This document shows positions 13,455-26,189 of a stretch of 64,000 bases of DNA, in pieces. The stretch's first letter is position 1. Each line of letters starts with the position of its first letter. The position numbers and the translations under genes were made by a program. The DNA is from Octopus vulgaris. Its lineage: Eukaryota. Under the pieces are notes generated by a model. The model saw only the letters and a program-made list of their open reading frames with translations. It was not told the origin of the DNA and made no database searches. Where the stretch lies: positions 3,038,001-3,102,000 of the forward strand of contig OX597828.1 of NCBI GenBank assembly GCA_951406725.2, given 5' to 3'.

Positions 13455-13494
<40 letters not shown>

Positions 13495-13556
13495 TGTGTG
13501 AGTGAGTGAGTGAACGCGTGTGTTCTCATGTATCTGTAAGCGGCACTCACTCCCTC

Positions 13557-13594
<38 letters not shown>

Positions 13595-13657
13595 GTCCAT
13601 TTCAGATACACGTTCATACATTTTTCACTCTCTCCTCTCTTTCACTTTAAAACAAAA
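13298..13657. mobile_element. Fold-back/MITE-like element whose arms include complementary microsatellites
   Basis: TTTTGTTTTAAAGTGAAAGAGAG...TGAAATGGACGTGTG-(GA)n is mirrored by (TC)n-(CA)n-CGTCCATTTCA...CTCTCTTTCACTTTAAAACAAAA. Confidence 0.75.
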
Positions 13658-14240
13658 CTAACATAGCCACTGCTTATTATATATCTACCAAATAAACTAT
13701 GTTTTTCACTCAACAACTCTTTGTTACAACTAAAATAACCTCGGCAAGTGCGCGGGTCACACAATTTTGAGCTCATTTTCAAACAATATTTCAATGTGCT
13801 TCTAATGTTTCACGCATGCATAGAATTATAGTCGGACAAACATTTATGAAAACGTACACATAAATATTGTATTAAAATAAGCCACAACTAAATGACCAAA
13901 TGGGAACAGAAACTACGGTTATAGCCAAAACATGTGGTTGGGTATCATTCAAAATTGAAATTCTAAACTGAAGACAGGTAGTTCCTATTCAAGCGTTGTC
14001 TCAAAATAGTCTTAGTGGAATAACATGAATAATTTTATGCGTTATCTATTTACACATTTGGACAATTTATGAAATTGCTGACTACGTTATACAAAGGAAA
14101 TAAATGAAATATTTACAAGGAGACATAGATCATATACAGAATATGATGAAGTGTACTTTAGTTTTTCATAGCTCTGGCCAGTCAGTTGCCGAAGAAACAG
14201 AATTCAACTTAACCCAGTTATTCGAAATCCAAGATTTTAA

Positions 14241-14749
14241 TCTATATATATAAAACTGTAGTTGTGTGAGTGTCTGTCCCCTTCGATTTAGATTCCTAAC
14301 TACTCCCACATTTTGCGGTGCAGTTTAACCAAATTCGGGTATCTTATAGTCGTGATTCATATCGAGCCCGTCTGGCTATTAGCGCGCGTCTACGATGAGT
14401 CTACGATTTTAAAAATAATTTAACATCATTTTTTATTCCATTTTAATGCATATTTTTTCGTGTGTCGATGGCGGCGGAGTTGGCGTCCACGCTCACACCT
14501 GCGTTGCTTCTCCCCCTTCTTCCCTCCCTCGTGAAGCTGTGGGGGAAGGGAGTGTAAGGAAATCAACGTCGTAAAGCGTTGTCAAGGACCCAACGTTCTT
14601 TTAGAACAACGACTTCATGGCTTGAAGACACCAAAACAGAAATGGCTAAGAAAGCCCGAATTGGCATCTATAAGGGAAGTAACTCTCTAAAAAATGCTTA
14701 TATAGTTATTTCCCTTACAAATCCGAGCAACGCCGGGCGATACTGCTAG
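14241..14749 (+). mobile_element. Non-autonomous Helitron (509 bp)
   Basis: A|TCTATATATATAAAA at the 5' end, subterminal GC hairpin CCGAGCAACGCCGG (about 14723-14736), CTAG|T at the 3' end, no TSD. Confidence 0.82.
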
Positions 14750-15033
14750 TGTTTTATAAATTAGAATTACTAATAGGAAAACATCGAAACTAGAACAGTT
14801 CACTGAAGGAATTGAAAAGCGTGTAAATTCGTAAAGTTCCAAAGTAAGAAAGAGGGGGATCAGTGAAGTATGCTTGTTATAGAAATAAAAAAAAAGTGGG
14901 GAGAGAAAATGTGTGTGCGCGCGCGGTGATGTGTGGTGTGTGTGTGAGGTGTGCGGTGAGATGAAGTGTGTGTGTGTGTGTGTGTATGTATGCACACGCG
15001 CTTAGCTTATACATACATACATACATACATACA

Positions 15034-15067
<34 letters not shown>

Positions 15068-15946
15068 CATACATACATGCATACATGCATACATGCATAC
15101 ATACAAACATACATGCAAACATACATACATACATACATATAGGGACAGGCGTGGCTGTGTGGTAAGAAGCTTGCTTCCGAACCACATGGTTCCGCGTTCA
15201 ACCAAGATAAAGCTGACTCTGTGGAAATTTAAATAAGTTTATATGCCATGTGGAGAAACATATATATATATTCTTTTATTCTTTTAATTGTTTCAGTCAT
15301 TTGACTGCGGCCATGCTGGAGCACCGCCTTGAAGGGTTTTAGTCGAACAAATCAACCCTAGGACTTATTTTTTTTAAAACCTAGTGCTTATCCTCTCGTT
15401 CTCTTCTGCCGAACCGCTAAGTTACGGCGGACGTAAACACACCAACACCGGTTGTCAAGTGGTGGGGGAGGACAAATACAGAAACAAAGACACACACACG
15501 CACGCACATATACAACGGGCTTCTTTCAAATTTCGTCTACCAAATCCACTGACAAGACTTCGGTTCTCCGCGGCAAGAGTAGAAGACACTTGCCCAAGAT
15601 ACTATGCAGTGGGGTTGAACGCGGAACCATGTGGTTCGGAAGCAAGCTTCTTACCACACAGCCACGCCTGTCCCTATATGTATGTATGTATAAGCTAAGC
15701 GCGTGTGCATACATACACACACACACACACTTCATCTCACCGCACACCTCACACACACACCACACATCACCGCGCGCGCACACACATTTTCTCTCCCCAC
15801 TTTTTTTTTATTTCTATAACAAGCATACTTCACTGATCCCCCTCTTTCTTACTTTGGAACTTTACGAATTTACACGCTTTTCAATTCCTTCAGTGAACTG
15901 TTCTAGTTTCGATGTTTTCTTATTAGTAATTCTAATTTATAAAACA
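14750..15946. repeat. Local inverted duplication (14750-15203 vs about 15613-15946)
   Basis: Near-identical arms including unique flank and the head of a family-A SINE. They differ mainly in (TACA)n and (TG)n length. Confidence 0.92.
15270..15672 (-). mobile_element. SINE family A, full length
   Basis: Reverse complement of the family-A head, body and tail. Confidence 0.85.
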
Positions 15947-16039
15947 TTAAAAATATTTTAATTGCTTTTTGAAAATTAAATATCTCCCTTCCCGCCATAT
16001 CCAGCAATACAATTAGTTGTCTTTTAAGTTTAAATATTC

Positions 16040-17500
16040 TACTTCATTTACATTTCGGATAAAAGACTTTCATCGCCACCCGATTTAAGACCACCACCCG
16101 GTTCTTGGCTGCCTTTAGCCGAGTCCACTCTTCCTCTCTTCCTCTTAGTAGGGGCATTATTCTTTCTCTGACTAAAAAAAAAAAAAAAAGTGGAAAAATC
16201 ACCCATAATATACAGATATAATATCTGTAAGAAATCGTTTCTTGGATTCACAACTAATAATCGAAACCTTAGCCTAGATTTTTCTGCGAGATCCTTTCCT
16301 TTGTTTTCGGCGTTAGTATTCAGAAATTTACGAGGTTATTTTGGTTTCTTTGCTTGAGTTAGTATTCTTCGGTCATTTGGAGGTTACCATAGATGGAATA
16401 TATACCTCCCCTTGTTTTCCGACATGCATTCAACTTTTCCCATAGGTTGAAAGAAGAACCCTCAGAGAAGATCAACGGTCTGTATTTTTCTCTTTTATAC
16501 GCTGTACACCTTTCACTTTCCCGTAAGCAACTTTTCCAAACAACCACGCATCTAAGGGTACGTGAGTTTCATTTTTATTGTCCTACTAAACTGCTGGCTT
16601 CTACTATAGCTTTGTACTGATCCTACGCGCAAATAAAAGCAGTGTGCAATATTTTTCTTTTTCATGTCGATTATTATACTATCTCACAGAGTTGGAACCA
16701 TTTAACTGTTACATATCTGTTACAAAAAGGAAGAAACACTTGAAAGTAGAGTTAGTGTAGGTCTGTGTACATCCACTGGTTTTTATTATTTGTATTCCGA
16801 ATCTATGATATCGTATGCTTGTTTGTATTTCCATTTATGACTAAAAAGGCGATGTTTTATTTTTATGGAAATGGGATTATAAATGTTATCGTAGACCCTG
16901 ATCGAAGAAACCTATTAGGAATATTTAGGATAGGGTAAGTAGGGCAACTCGGGCAGTCGCCTGGGGTGCCATGTGTTAGGTGGCGCCAAGGAGGGCGTGA
17001 CAAAGACAAGGGAATTTCCACGACCGTCAGCTTGTACACGCCGAAGTTCAGCTTGCCCAGGGCGCCAGCATAAGGAGAGTGGGCTATGATTTGAAAAAGA
17101 TATGAACGCAATTTTTGGCAGGCAAGCAACTACGTAGAGGCTCCCCAGCTTTCTCGTAGATGTTAGGTCATTTAGTGCGAAAGTAACAGCTAATTTGTTA
17201 ATTGAATTAATTTTAGGGTATACCTGATTGTCTAAAAAGAGCTTGTAAAGACAGTTGGCCAATTGACATGATTTCTCTTTGCTTTTACTTGTAAGTGATT
17301 ACTGCAATGTTTTTTATTGGTAAAAGTTTGTGGATTTCTCACGGCTATGGCTATCCTCAGATTGTTTTATTGATTAACACTAAATCACTTGAAACTGGTT
17401 TCATTATTTCCCAGTTGGAAGAGATATTGAAATTTTCTTTGTGGCGTTTTAGTTTAATTGAATATATTTTTTAACCAAACAATGACGGCTGCGTTTAGAG
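16040..17500 (-). mobile_element. Possible highly decayed LINE ORF1-like region with a GC-rich MITE-like insert at about 16930-17090
   Basis: Broken minus-strand frames with coding-like composition and no diagnostic motif. The insert has GGGCAGTCGCCTGGGG and TTGCCCAGGGCGCC blocks typical of hAT MITEs. Confidence 0.3.
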
Positions 17501-17620
17501 AGAGACAAACATTTGCCTTCGCTGTTGCCTTTTGATGGCCATATTAATTGCTATTTGCTTATCTTCTAACAAGATTTCAGGATGATTTTCTGTTTAAGAA
17601 CGAACGGTTTCATTGCTTAC

Positions 17621-18219
17621 TACCTACCTACCTACCTACCTACCTACCTACCTACCTACCTACCTACCTACCTACCTACCTACCTGCCTATCTACCTACC
17701 TACCTACCTACCTACCTACCTACCTGCCTGCCTGCCTACCTACCTACTTACCTACCTACCTACCTACCTACCTACCTACCTACCTACCTACCACACCTGC
17801 CTCCTGCCTCCTACCTACCTACCTACCTACCTACCTGCCTACCTACCTACCTGCCTGCCTACCTCCTACCTACCTACGTACTACCTCCTACCTACCTACC
17901 TGCCTACCTACCTACCTGCCTGCCTGCCTGCCTACCTACCTGCCCCCTACCTGCCTGCCTGCCTGCCTGCCTGCGTGCCTGCCTGCGTGCCTGCCTGCCT
18001 ACCTACCTACCTACCTACCTACCTACCTACCTACCTACCTACCTACCTACCTACCTACATACCTACCTACGTACGTACGTACGTACCTACCTACCTACCT
18101 ACCTACCTACCCACCTACCTACCTACCTACTTACCTACCTACCTACCTACCTACCTACCTACCTGCCTGCCTACCTACCTGCCTGCCTGCCTACTTACCT
18201 ACCTACCTACCTACCTACA
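17621..18219. repeat. 600-bp compound (CTAC)n/(CTGC)n microsatellite
   Basis: Direct reading; explains the three 219-264 aa LPTY-repeat ORFs. Confidence 0.97.
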
Positions 18220-18364
18220 TCAAATATTTATATCTGTCTGACTGTTTGTCTGTCAGTCTGTCTGTCTGCTTGCCCGCCTATCTGTCTGTCTAGCTATCTC
18301 TCTAGTCAGCATGTTGCGCAGAGATCAGCTTTCATAACTTGAGTATATGCTTCGTGTATAATAA

Positions 18365-18661
18365 TGGCTTCAAATTATAGCACAAGGCTAAGCAGTTTCG
18401 GAGAGGAGGAGGGGGGGTTAAATCGATTACATCGACACTAATGCTCAGCTGGTGCTTCTTCTATTGATTCCGAAAGAATGGTAGGCAAAGTCAACCTCGG
18501 CGGAATTTAAACTAAGCACGTAAAGATGGTCGAAATGTCGCTGGACATTTTGTTCAGCGTGCTAAAGCTTCTGCTGGCTCGCCACTGGAATAATAGCATT
18601 ATCAGGAGGGTTCTAAGCACTTGAAAGACTGAATAAGACTGAACCTGAGCAAAATAATAAC

Positions 18662-18714
<53 letters not shown>

Positions 18715-18927
18715 TAATCCTTTCTACTATAGGCACAAGGCCTGGAATTTGTGGGGAAGGAACTAGTCAATTACATTGATTCCAATACTTGACTGGTACT
18801 TAATCCTTCAATCCCGAAAGGATGAAAGGCAAAGTCGACCATGGCGGAATTTGAACTCAGTACGTAGCGGCAGACGAAATACTGCTAAGCATTTCGCCCG
18901 GCGTGCTAACGATTCTGCCAGCTCGCT
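18365..18927 (-). mobile_element. Two SINE family B copies separated by a Dong/R4-like 3' stub and (TAA)n
   Basis: Family-B blocks at about 18365-18585 and 18715-18927. The plus strand at about 18597-18660 reads IIRRVLST* followed by a TAA tail. Confidence 0.7.
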
Positions 18928-18930
18928 GTC

Positions 18931-18976
<46 letters not shown>

Positions 18977-18978
18977 TA

Positions 18979-19019
<41 letters not shown>

Positions 19020-19536
19020 TCCAGATCCCCTTCCAAAAGTTTTCAACTTCTTCTATTAGGGGTGGATTTTCAATGGTTATTTTTTGTTTCCCTATTTCCC
19101 TGTAAAATGATTTGGCATTGGATTTGAACATCTTATTTTGTTTGTAGAATTTGATTCTTTTCTCAAATTTGCGTATTCCCTGAGCTTTTGCTTGAACTTT
19201 TTGTTTAAGTGTTTCTTTCGCTGACATTAGTTCTTCTCTTGTTGATAAAAAAAGGTACTAAAACCTATTTGAAAATGATTCCAGGCTTACCATCCCTTCA
19301 GGAAGTGCAAAAAATCGTATTAACTGGAACGGCTCATGTACTGAGAAGAGCATTATCGCTGTGAAAACAACATCCATCCATGAATTTATTTATTTATTGA
19401 TTTTTAAATACATTATTTTATCTGTGAATTTGCGCATGTAATCTGGAAATGCATACAATGAGCTTCTCTGCCCTAGGTGTACGGAAAACACTCGGCGAGA
19501 AACGGAAGAAAATTTGAAGAAAGAAGGAAAAAACAT
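19020..19536. mobile_element. Dong/R4-like LINE with an inverted 5' segment, inserted in (TAA)n
   Basis: Minus 19020-19246: ETLKQKVQAKAQGIRKFEKRIKFYKQNKMFKSNAKSFYREI...VENFWKGIW. Plus 19242-19364: LIKKGT...IPGLPSLQEVQKIVLTGTAHVLRRALSL*, then 3'UTR. (TAA)n on both sides. Confidence 0.82.
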
Positions 19537-19543
19537 AATAATG

Positions 19544-19586
<43 letters not shown>

Positions 19587-19626
19587 TGATAATAACAATA
19601 ACAATAATAATAATAATAATAATAAT

Positions 19627-20440
19627 TTTATTTATGTGCCACAAGGGCGAAGAATGACGGGGACAATAGAAAGACAGACATAAAGTGTGGGGGTTTAATA
19701 CATTGAAATGTTAGAAAAGAAAGAAAGAAAGAAATTAAGTATACACTGATAAAAGGAGGGACATATGCATAACATACAAAGGTTAAAAACAAAAATGGCG
19801 GGGCGGTTGGTAGAGATGCAGCCCTCCTGATACAGGAAGGCCTCTAGAGATAACCGAGGAATCCCACCGTCCGAGTCTTTCCTAAAACCCCAAGAGTATG
19901 TACCCTCTCCAATTCCTTCTCTCCGACTCACAAGTCTACACTTAGAGAGGTACCATCCACTCTTGCCATTTTCGAAACTTTCACCGATCTTTCGATAAAT
20001 TCACTCGAGGACAGCACTTCTCTCTCTACTCTCAATTTCCTTTTCAAGTGAAACTTGAAGAAGTCAATAAGGGCTCCACCAAAGATGAATGTATATGTCC
20101 TTGTCCACCAAACAACCTCTTTAGTCACAGCTACCAGGCAAAGGAAAACTGCCTTGCCTGACCGATTAACGGAGGTCGGCGGTGCGATCATCATTATAGA
20201 CTCGACAGACAGACAGATCCGTCCCACACGTGACAGCAGGTGTTCGATATAACCCCAAAAGTCAGCAATGCCCGGACACTGAACGAGGACGTGCAGAACG
20301 GTTTCATCACTCTGCACGCACATCGGACAAGCCCGTCTGACAGCACATCCGTGCCCGTAGAGTTTATCTCGAACCGGTAGCAACCCCCGCCACCCGGTAG
20401 AACTTCCATACCAAGGACATCTGGAAATTATCAATGATAG
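19627..20440 (-). mobile_element. Second Tx1/L1-clade LINE 3' fragment
   Basis: ORF 19928-20434: LPVRDKLYGHG...CPMCVQSDETVLHVLVQCP...FFKFHLKRKLRVER, homologous to 6322-7665. Confidence 0.87.
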
Positions 20441-20574
20441 TTCCTGACCAGAAAGATCTCCGGAAAGGCCAGCAGGTATGGGGGAGGGGTTAAGTCAATT
20501 ACATCGACCTCAGTGTCCAACTGGTACTTATTTTATTGAACCTGAAAGGATGATAGGTAAAGTCAACCACAGCT

Positions 20575-21356
20575 TCAGTGAATTTTTTAAGCGATCGAAA
20601 CAGATGGCAATCTGAAGGTAGAAGGTCAGACGAATATGGAGGGTGCGACAGAACTTCCCAGTTAGAATCTTCTGCCATATCTGCAAGGTCTGCAAAATCC
20701 CACTATCTTCTGCTGTGTCTGCAAAGAAGTGTGCAGTGTAGCATTGTCGGGATGAAAGACAATGGCCTTATAATTAACAAGTGATGGACGCTTCTAGTGG
20801 ATTGTTGCGTTTAATTAGTCTAGCTGGTTACAGTACACATCCAAATTGTGGGAAGAAGCTTGTAAAAGATAAGACCCTTCTGTTCCCACCAAATTGTAGC
20901 ATAACTTTGTTCGGGTGAAGACCTGCTTTGAAGGTTATTTGTGGTGGTTCGCCGCACTTCCACCATGATTATTTGCGTTTCACATTTAGATGATCCATTT
21001 TTTTGTTCCCTATCAACATTCTCTTAAAAAAAGGATAACTTTCTTCACGTTTTTGCAATGGATCAGATATGGAAATTCGAGGGCGAGATTAAAACCTCTT
21101 TCAATAGATGTGGAACCCAAACATCGAACCTGCTGACGTAACCGAATTAATGCAGATGATTTTCAACTCTCGATTTAGATATTTCGGAAATATCTGCGAT
21201 CATTCTGGTCGTATAACGGAGACTGATGTCGCTTTTGCACCCCGTTCTTGAAAATCTTGAAAACCACTTTCTGCACATAGATTCCGTAACAACGATCTCT
21301 CCATACACTGTGCATATCTTCCAAAAGGGTTACGCCACTTATTGTCTTTTTTAAGC
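20575..21356 (-). mobile_element. Decayed mariner (DD34D-type) transposase, host of the nested element at 21359
   Basis: Minus strand near 20580-20660 reads EVLSHPPYSSDLLPSDCHLFRSL (mariner HPPYSPDLAPSD motif). Confidence 0.72.
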
Positions 21357-21358
21357 TA

Positions 21359-22658
21359 CAGGGTGTTTCCAAAAAAATGATATCATTTGAGATATAAATA
21401 TCACAGAAACTACATAGTCAAAGCAAATGAAAGTAAACAGGTTTAATGTTGAGCAACATAAGATTTATTTCTCCAAATTTGAAAGAGAAATTGAAGGATT
21501 CCATGAACGATTTCACACATGTTCAATATGCGCTCCGCCTGAGACACAGGTCCTCCTAAACACGCTGCGGCATATCTTGAGTAATAGTCTCCAGCGCGGT
21601 AGTGATTCTCTGCTCGAGTTCCTCTAGGTTTGTAGGAAGAAGGAAGACATAGACCAGACCCTTCATATAGCCCCAGAGAAAAAAATCGCAAGGTGTCAGG
21701 TCAGGTGAACACGGCAGCCATTTTAACATCACATTGTCTTCATCACCAGCACGCCCGATCCATCTCCCTCGCCGATTGTCATTGAGATAAACCCGCACAG
21801 AGAGCTTCCAGTGAGATGGAGCCTCCATCCTGTTGAAAAATGAAGTCTTTTGCCAGTTCTGAAGTATTTGCAGATAAACATCGCCGGTCACATTTCCCTC
21901 AAAGAAAAACGGGCCATGAAGATGCTTCTTGGAGATGGTGCAGACCTCATTCACTTTTGGCGAGTCCCTCTCATGCTCAACTGTGGCATGGGGGATTTTC
22001 TTCGACCCAAATGCGAACATTATGCATATTGACTTTGCCATTCGTATGAAATGTGGCATCATCACTGAAAACAAGACGTTCCTTGAACTCGGCTTCTTCA
22101 GGTTTATCTTGCGTATCAACACAGAATTGTTTGCGCTTTTGCTTGTCATCGGCCGTTATGGACTTAACGAGTTGTATCTTGTAGAGCTTCATTAGGAAGC
22201 GTTTCCTCAGGCGTGCCAAACTGTCGTTGGAGGAATCTGGGTTTCCAGACTTGTTCTTCTTATGGCTGTCTTGGGGCTTCGCAAGAGTTTTTGGCGAACC
22301 CACTCGACCGTCTCTTCCGATGTTAGTGGTCGTCCAGATCCTTTTGCCCTGTACAGACAGCAAATTCAAAGAGGATCTTTGAACTTTTTGTGCCATGTCC
22401 AAATCCACATTGCCGTTGGTGACTTTTTAGAGAACTCTCTCACAAATACACGCTGCACGGTCTTGTTCGACTGTGTTCAAGTATATTCCAACACACGAAA
22501 CGCCTTTTCTCTTCCAGTGAATGCTATTTCTCTACCTGAAAAGATAAACATCAAACATTAAACATAAAATTTTCACCTGTTTCTACACATGCTGTTAAAA
22601 TTTGAACTGGCAAAGTTATTAGATTGCGAAATGATATCCAATTTTTTGAAACATCCTG
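21359..22658 (-). mobile_element. Full-length decayed IS630-Tc1-mariner element (1300 bp) with TIRs and TA TSD
   Basis: TA|CAGGGTGTTTCCAAAAAAATGATATCATTT at the left end and AAATGATATCCAATTTTTTGAAACATCCTG|TA at the right. Frameshifted transposase with VFSDDATFH..G.VNMHNVRIW and WLPCSPDLTPCDFFLWGYMK. Confidence 0.92.
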
Positions 22659-22837
22659 TATAATGTTTGTTTTGGTTCTCCGTTTTCAAGGTGATCTCAA
22701 AGGCACAAAATATAACCTGTCTCGTCGCAAGCTTGCGTCGAACTACATTGTAGTGTCAAGTATCCAACGAATGCGCATGTGCTAGGCCCAGACTGCAGTT
22801 AGTTACTTATTACAATGCTTGTAGTGCTGACAGCTCA

Positions 22838-23020
22838 GGCGTGGCGGTGTGGTAGGCGCCGGCGTAGTTGTGTGGTAAGAAGCTTGCTTCCCAACCATAT
22901 GGTCCCAAGTTGAGTACTACCGCGTGGCAACTTGGGCAAGTGTCTTCTACTATAGTCCCAGGCCAACCAAAGACTTGAGTGTGGATTTGGTAGATGAAAA
23001 CTGAAAGAAACCCGTCGTAC

Positions 23021-23082
<62 letters not shown>

Positions 23083-23330
23083 CTGTGTGTGTATGTGTGT
23101 GCGTGCGCATGTGTGTGTGAGAGTGTGTGTCTTTGTGTCCGTGCTTGTCCTCCATCACCCCCTTGGCAACCGGTGTTGGTGTGTTTACGTCCCTGTAACT
23201 TGCGGTTCGGCAGAAGAGAACGTTACAATAAGTACTAGTCGATTTGTTCGACTAAAACCTTTTAAGGCGGTGCTTCAACAAGGCCGCAGTCAACTCGAAT
23301 GACTGAAACAAGTGAAAGAATAAAAGAATG
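22838..23330 (+). mobile_element. SINE family A with a duplicated head
   Basis: GGCGTGGCGGTGTGGTAGG followed by GGCGTAGTTGTGTGGTAAG, then body, microsatellite and tail. Confidence 0.82.
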
Positions 23331-23380
23331 CATATATAAACTCACACGCGCGCGTGTACACACACACATATAATATATAT

Positions 23381-23416
<36 letters not shown>

Positions 23417-23804
23417 GCACACACATATACGCACGGACACACACTCACACACACACATACATATATCTATCTTTTAACTTTTATCTTTCACTCGTTTCAG
23501 TCATTAGACTGCGGCCATGCTGGGGTTCCGCCTTCAATTCTCTTTTTAGCCGAATGAAACGACTCTTCGCTTCCACCTGATATAAAGAAAACACAAAGTC
23601 TGGCAGTCGCACAAGGTAAGAGTGCACCTTTATGCTTTCTGAGGAAGTGCCACCGTAAATATTACATAAACTTTCACCTTGAACTTTTGGGTTAATCGGT
23701 TTTGAAGGCAGATTAGGCACAGAAACAATTGTAACCGATTATTAAAGATGTGTTAAAGGTCTCCCTTTGTCTTCTTACTTGGGTTATATATAATATACAT
23801 ATAT

Positions 23805-24028
23805 ATTTCTTTATTGTTCACAATGGGCTAAACATAGAGGGGACAAACAAGGACAGACAAACGGATTAAGCCGATTGCATCGACCCCAGTGCGTAACTGG
23901 TAATTAATTTATCGACCCCGAAAGGATGAAAGGCAAAGTCGACTTCGGCGGAATTTGAACTCAGAACGTAACGGCAGACGAAATACGGCTACGCATTTCG
24001 CCCGGCGTGCTAACGTTTCTGCCAGCTC
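23805..24028 (-). mobile_element. SINE family B, variant with a Tx1-like tail
   Basis: Family-B head and core; the 3' end resembles the Tx1 LINE end at 6322-6370. Confidence 0.82.
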
Positions 24029-24069
24029 ACACACATATATATATAATATACGTGCATACATACATACGT

Positions 24070-24285
24070 ACATATAAGGGGCTTGTTACTTTGTTTCCAT
24101 GGCGTATAACCGACCTAGAACGGGGTGCCACTTCATCGCAGGGTTGCTAATTTACAGTTGAGTGAAGTGGAGCTATGTGGAATGGAGCATTGTACACAAA
24201 AACACAACGCATCACGCGTTTCACGAATCGAAAAAGCGACATTGCGATCGTGAGTGCAACACCCTAACCACTGAGTCACGTGCCT
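24070..24285 (-). mobile_element. SINE family C-like copy, decayed
   Basis: Minus strand GGCACGTGACTCAGTGGTTAGGGTGTTGCACTCACGATCGCAA...GCGTTGTGTTTTTGTGTACAA. Confidence 0.55.
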
Positions 24286-24453
24286 TTACCCACACACATA
24301 CGCGCACATATACGCGCGCACAGACACACGCACACATACACGTGTATAGGTGTATGTATACATGTATGTATGTAAATTCATATACCCATTTACATAAGCA
24401 CACACATACACATTTACATCACACGTGTATATGTGTGTGTGTGTGTGTGTGTG

Positions 24454-24528
<75 letters not shown>

Positions 24529-24596
24529 GTATGTGTGTGTGTGTGTATGTATGTATCTATCTATATACATACGCATATACATTTATACATACATAC

Positions 24597-24638
<42 letters not shown>

Positions 24639-24695
24639 CATATTTGTATGTACACAGGCATATACGCCCGCGCATTCACACACATATGTGCATAG

Positions 24696-24730
<35 letters not shown>

Positions 24731-25170
24731 GAAGCACGCGCGTACACACAAATACTGTATAAATACACCTAGAATTACATAAAGAGACACTAAACAGAAA
24801 CGTACGGTTGACCTTTAAAAAATATTTGATCTAAATAAAATTAGATGAGAGAAAAGTAAAAGAATGAGCAAAAAACAAACAAAAAAAAGAAGCCTATTAA
24901 TGTATAAAAGTGAGATTGTAATTAAATTTAAAATTACACTAGTAAAGCGCTCCTATCAGTAGATGGCATCTTCTCAGCAAATCCGAGGAGATAAATATTT
25001 AAAGTAGCTCGGCATAAAAATCTATAAATGTATCCGGCGAATTTTACTTTCATACATGAAGGAATAAAGATTATTTGTGTATTTATGCCGACACACGCAT
25101 TCACGCACATAAGGATACACTCACAGATACATGCACACACCTAAACACGTACATGAAAATTCATACATAC

Positions 25171-25208
<38 letters not shown>

Positions 25209-25363
25209 GTATACACACAAATTTATGTATGTATGTATGTATGTATGTGTGTGTGTATATATGTGTGTGTGTATGTATGTATGTATGTATGTATGTATGT
25301 ATGTGTGTATGTATGTATGTGTGTGTGTATGTATGTGTGTGTGTATGTATGTGTGTGTATGTA

Positions 25364-25398
<35 letters not shown>

Positions 25399-25401
25399 AT
25401 G

Positions 25402-25432
<31 letters not shown>

Positions 25433-25627
25433 GTGTATGTATGTATGTATGTATGTATGTATGTATGTATGTATGTATGCATGTGTGTATGTGTATGTAT
25501 GTATGTCATTGTTCAGTTTTATTTCAAGATTTCTTGCCAATAGAGAAAGAGCCAGCTTCTAACATAGATCCAAGGCTTCTTCATTGGAATTTCAACATGT
25601 ATGTATGTATTTATGTATATATACATA

Positions 25628-25681
<54 letters not shown>

Positions 25682-25793
25682 GTATCTATGCCAACGCGTA
25701 CACCTTATCTGAAAGATAACGTATTCAAGTTATATTAAATACAGTTACATTCTATTTTATGTATAGTGATTAATAGATGAATCTATTTCTCTG

Positions 25794-25878
<85 letters not shown>

Positions 25879-25910
25879 CCTACCTATCTGCCTGTCTGTC
25901 TCTCTGTCTG

Positions 25911-25985
<75 letters not shown>

Positions 25986-26054
25986 GTCTGTCTGTCTGTC
26001 TGTCTGTCTGCCTGCCTGCCTGCCTGCCTGCCTGTCTGTCTGTCTGTCTGTCTA
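25794..26054. repeat. Compound (TATC)n/(TGTC)n/(TGCC)n microsatellite
   Basis: Direct reading. Confidence 0.95.
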
Positions 26055-26189
26055 TGTATGCATTTACAAGTTTTAAGAGGTCTTAGAGGACATTTTCAAT
26101 AAAACGTCTCTAAACTAGCAAAGAAAGAAAGAAACCAAACGTATTTTAATAAAAATGTTGTACGCTTCCTCTTCATAAGCTTCTTTTCT

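Noticed and set aside
17548-18342. Longest ORFs in the track (219-264 aa, LPTY repeats)
   Set aside because: Translation of a (CTAC)n microsatellite, open in all three frames.
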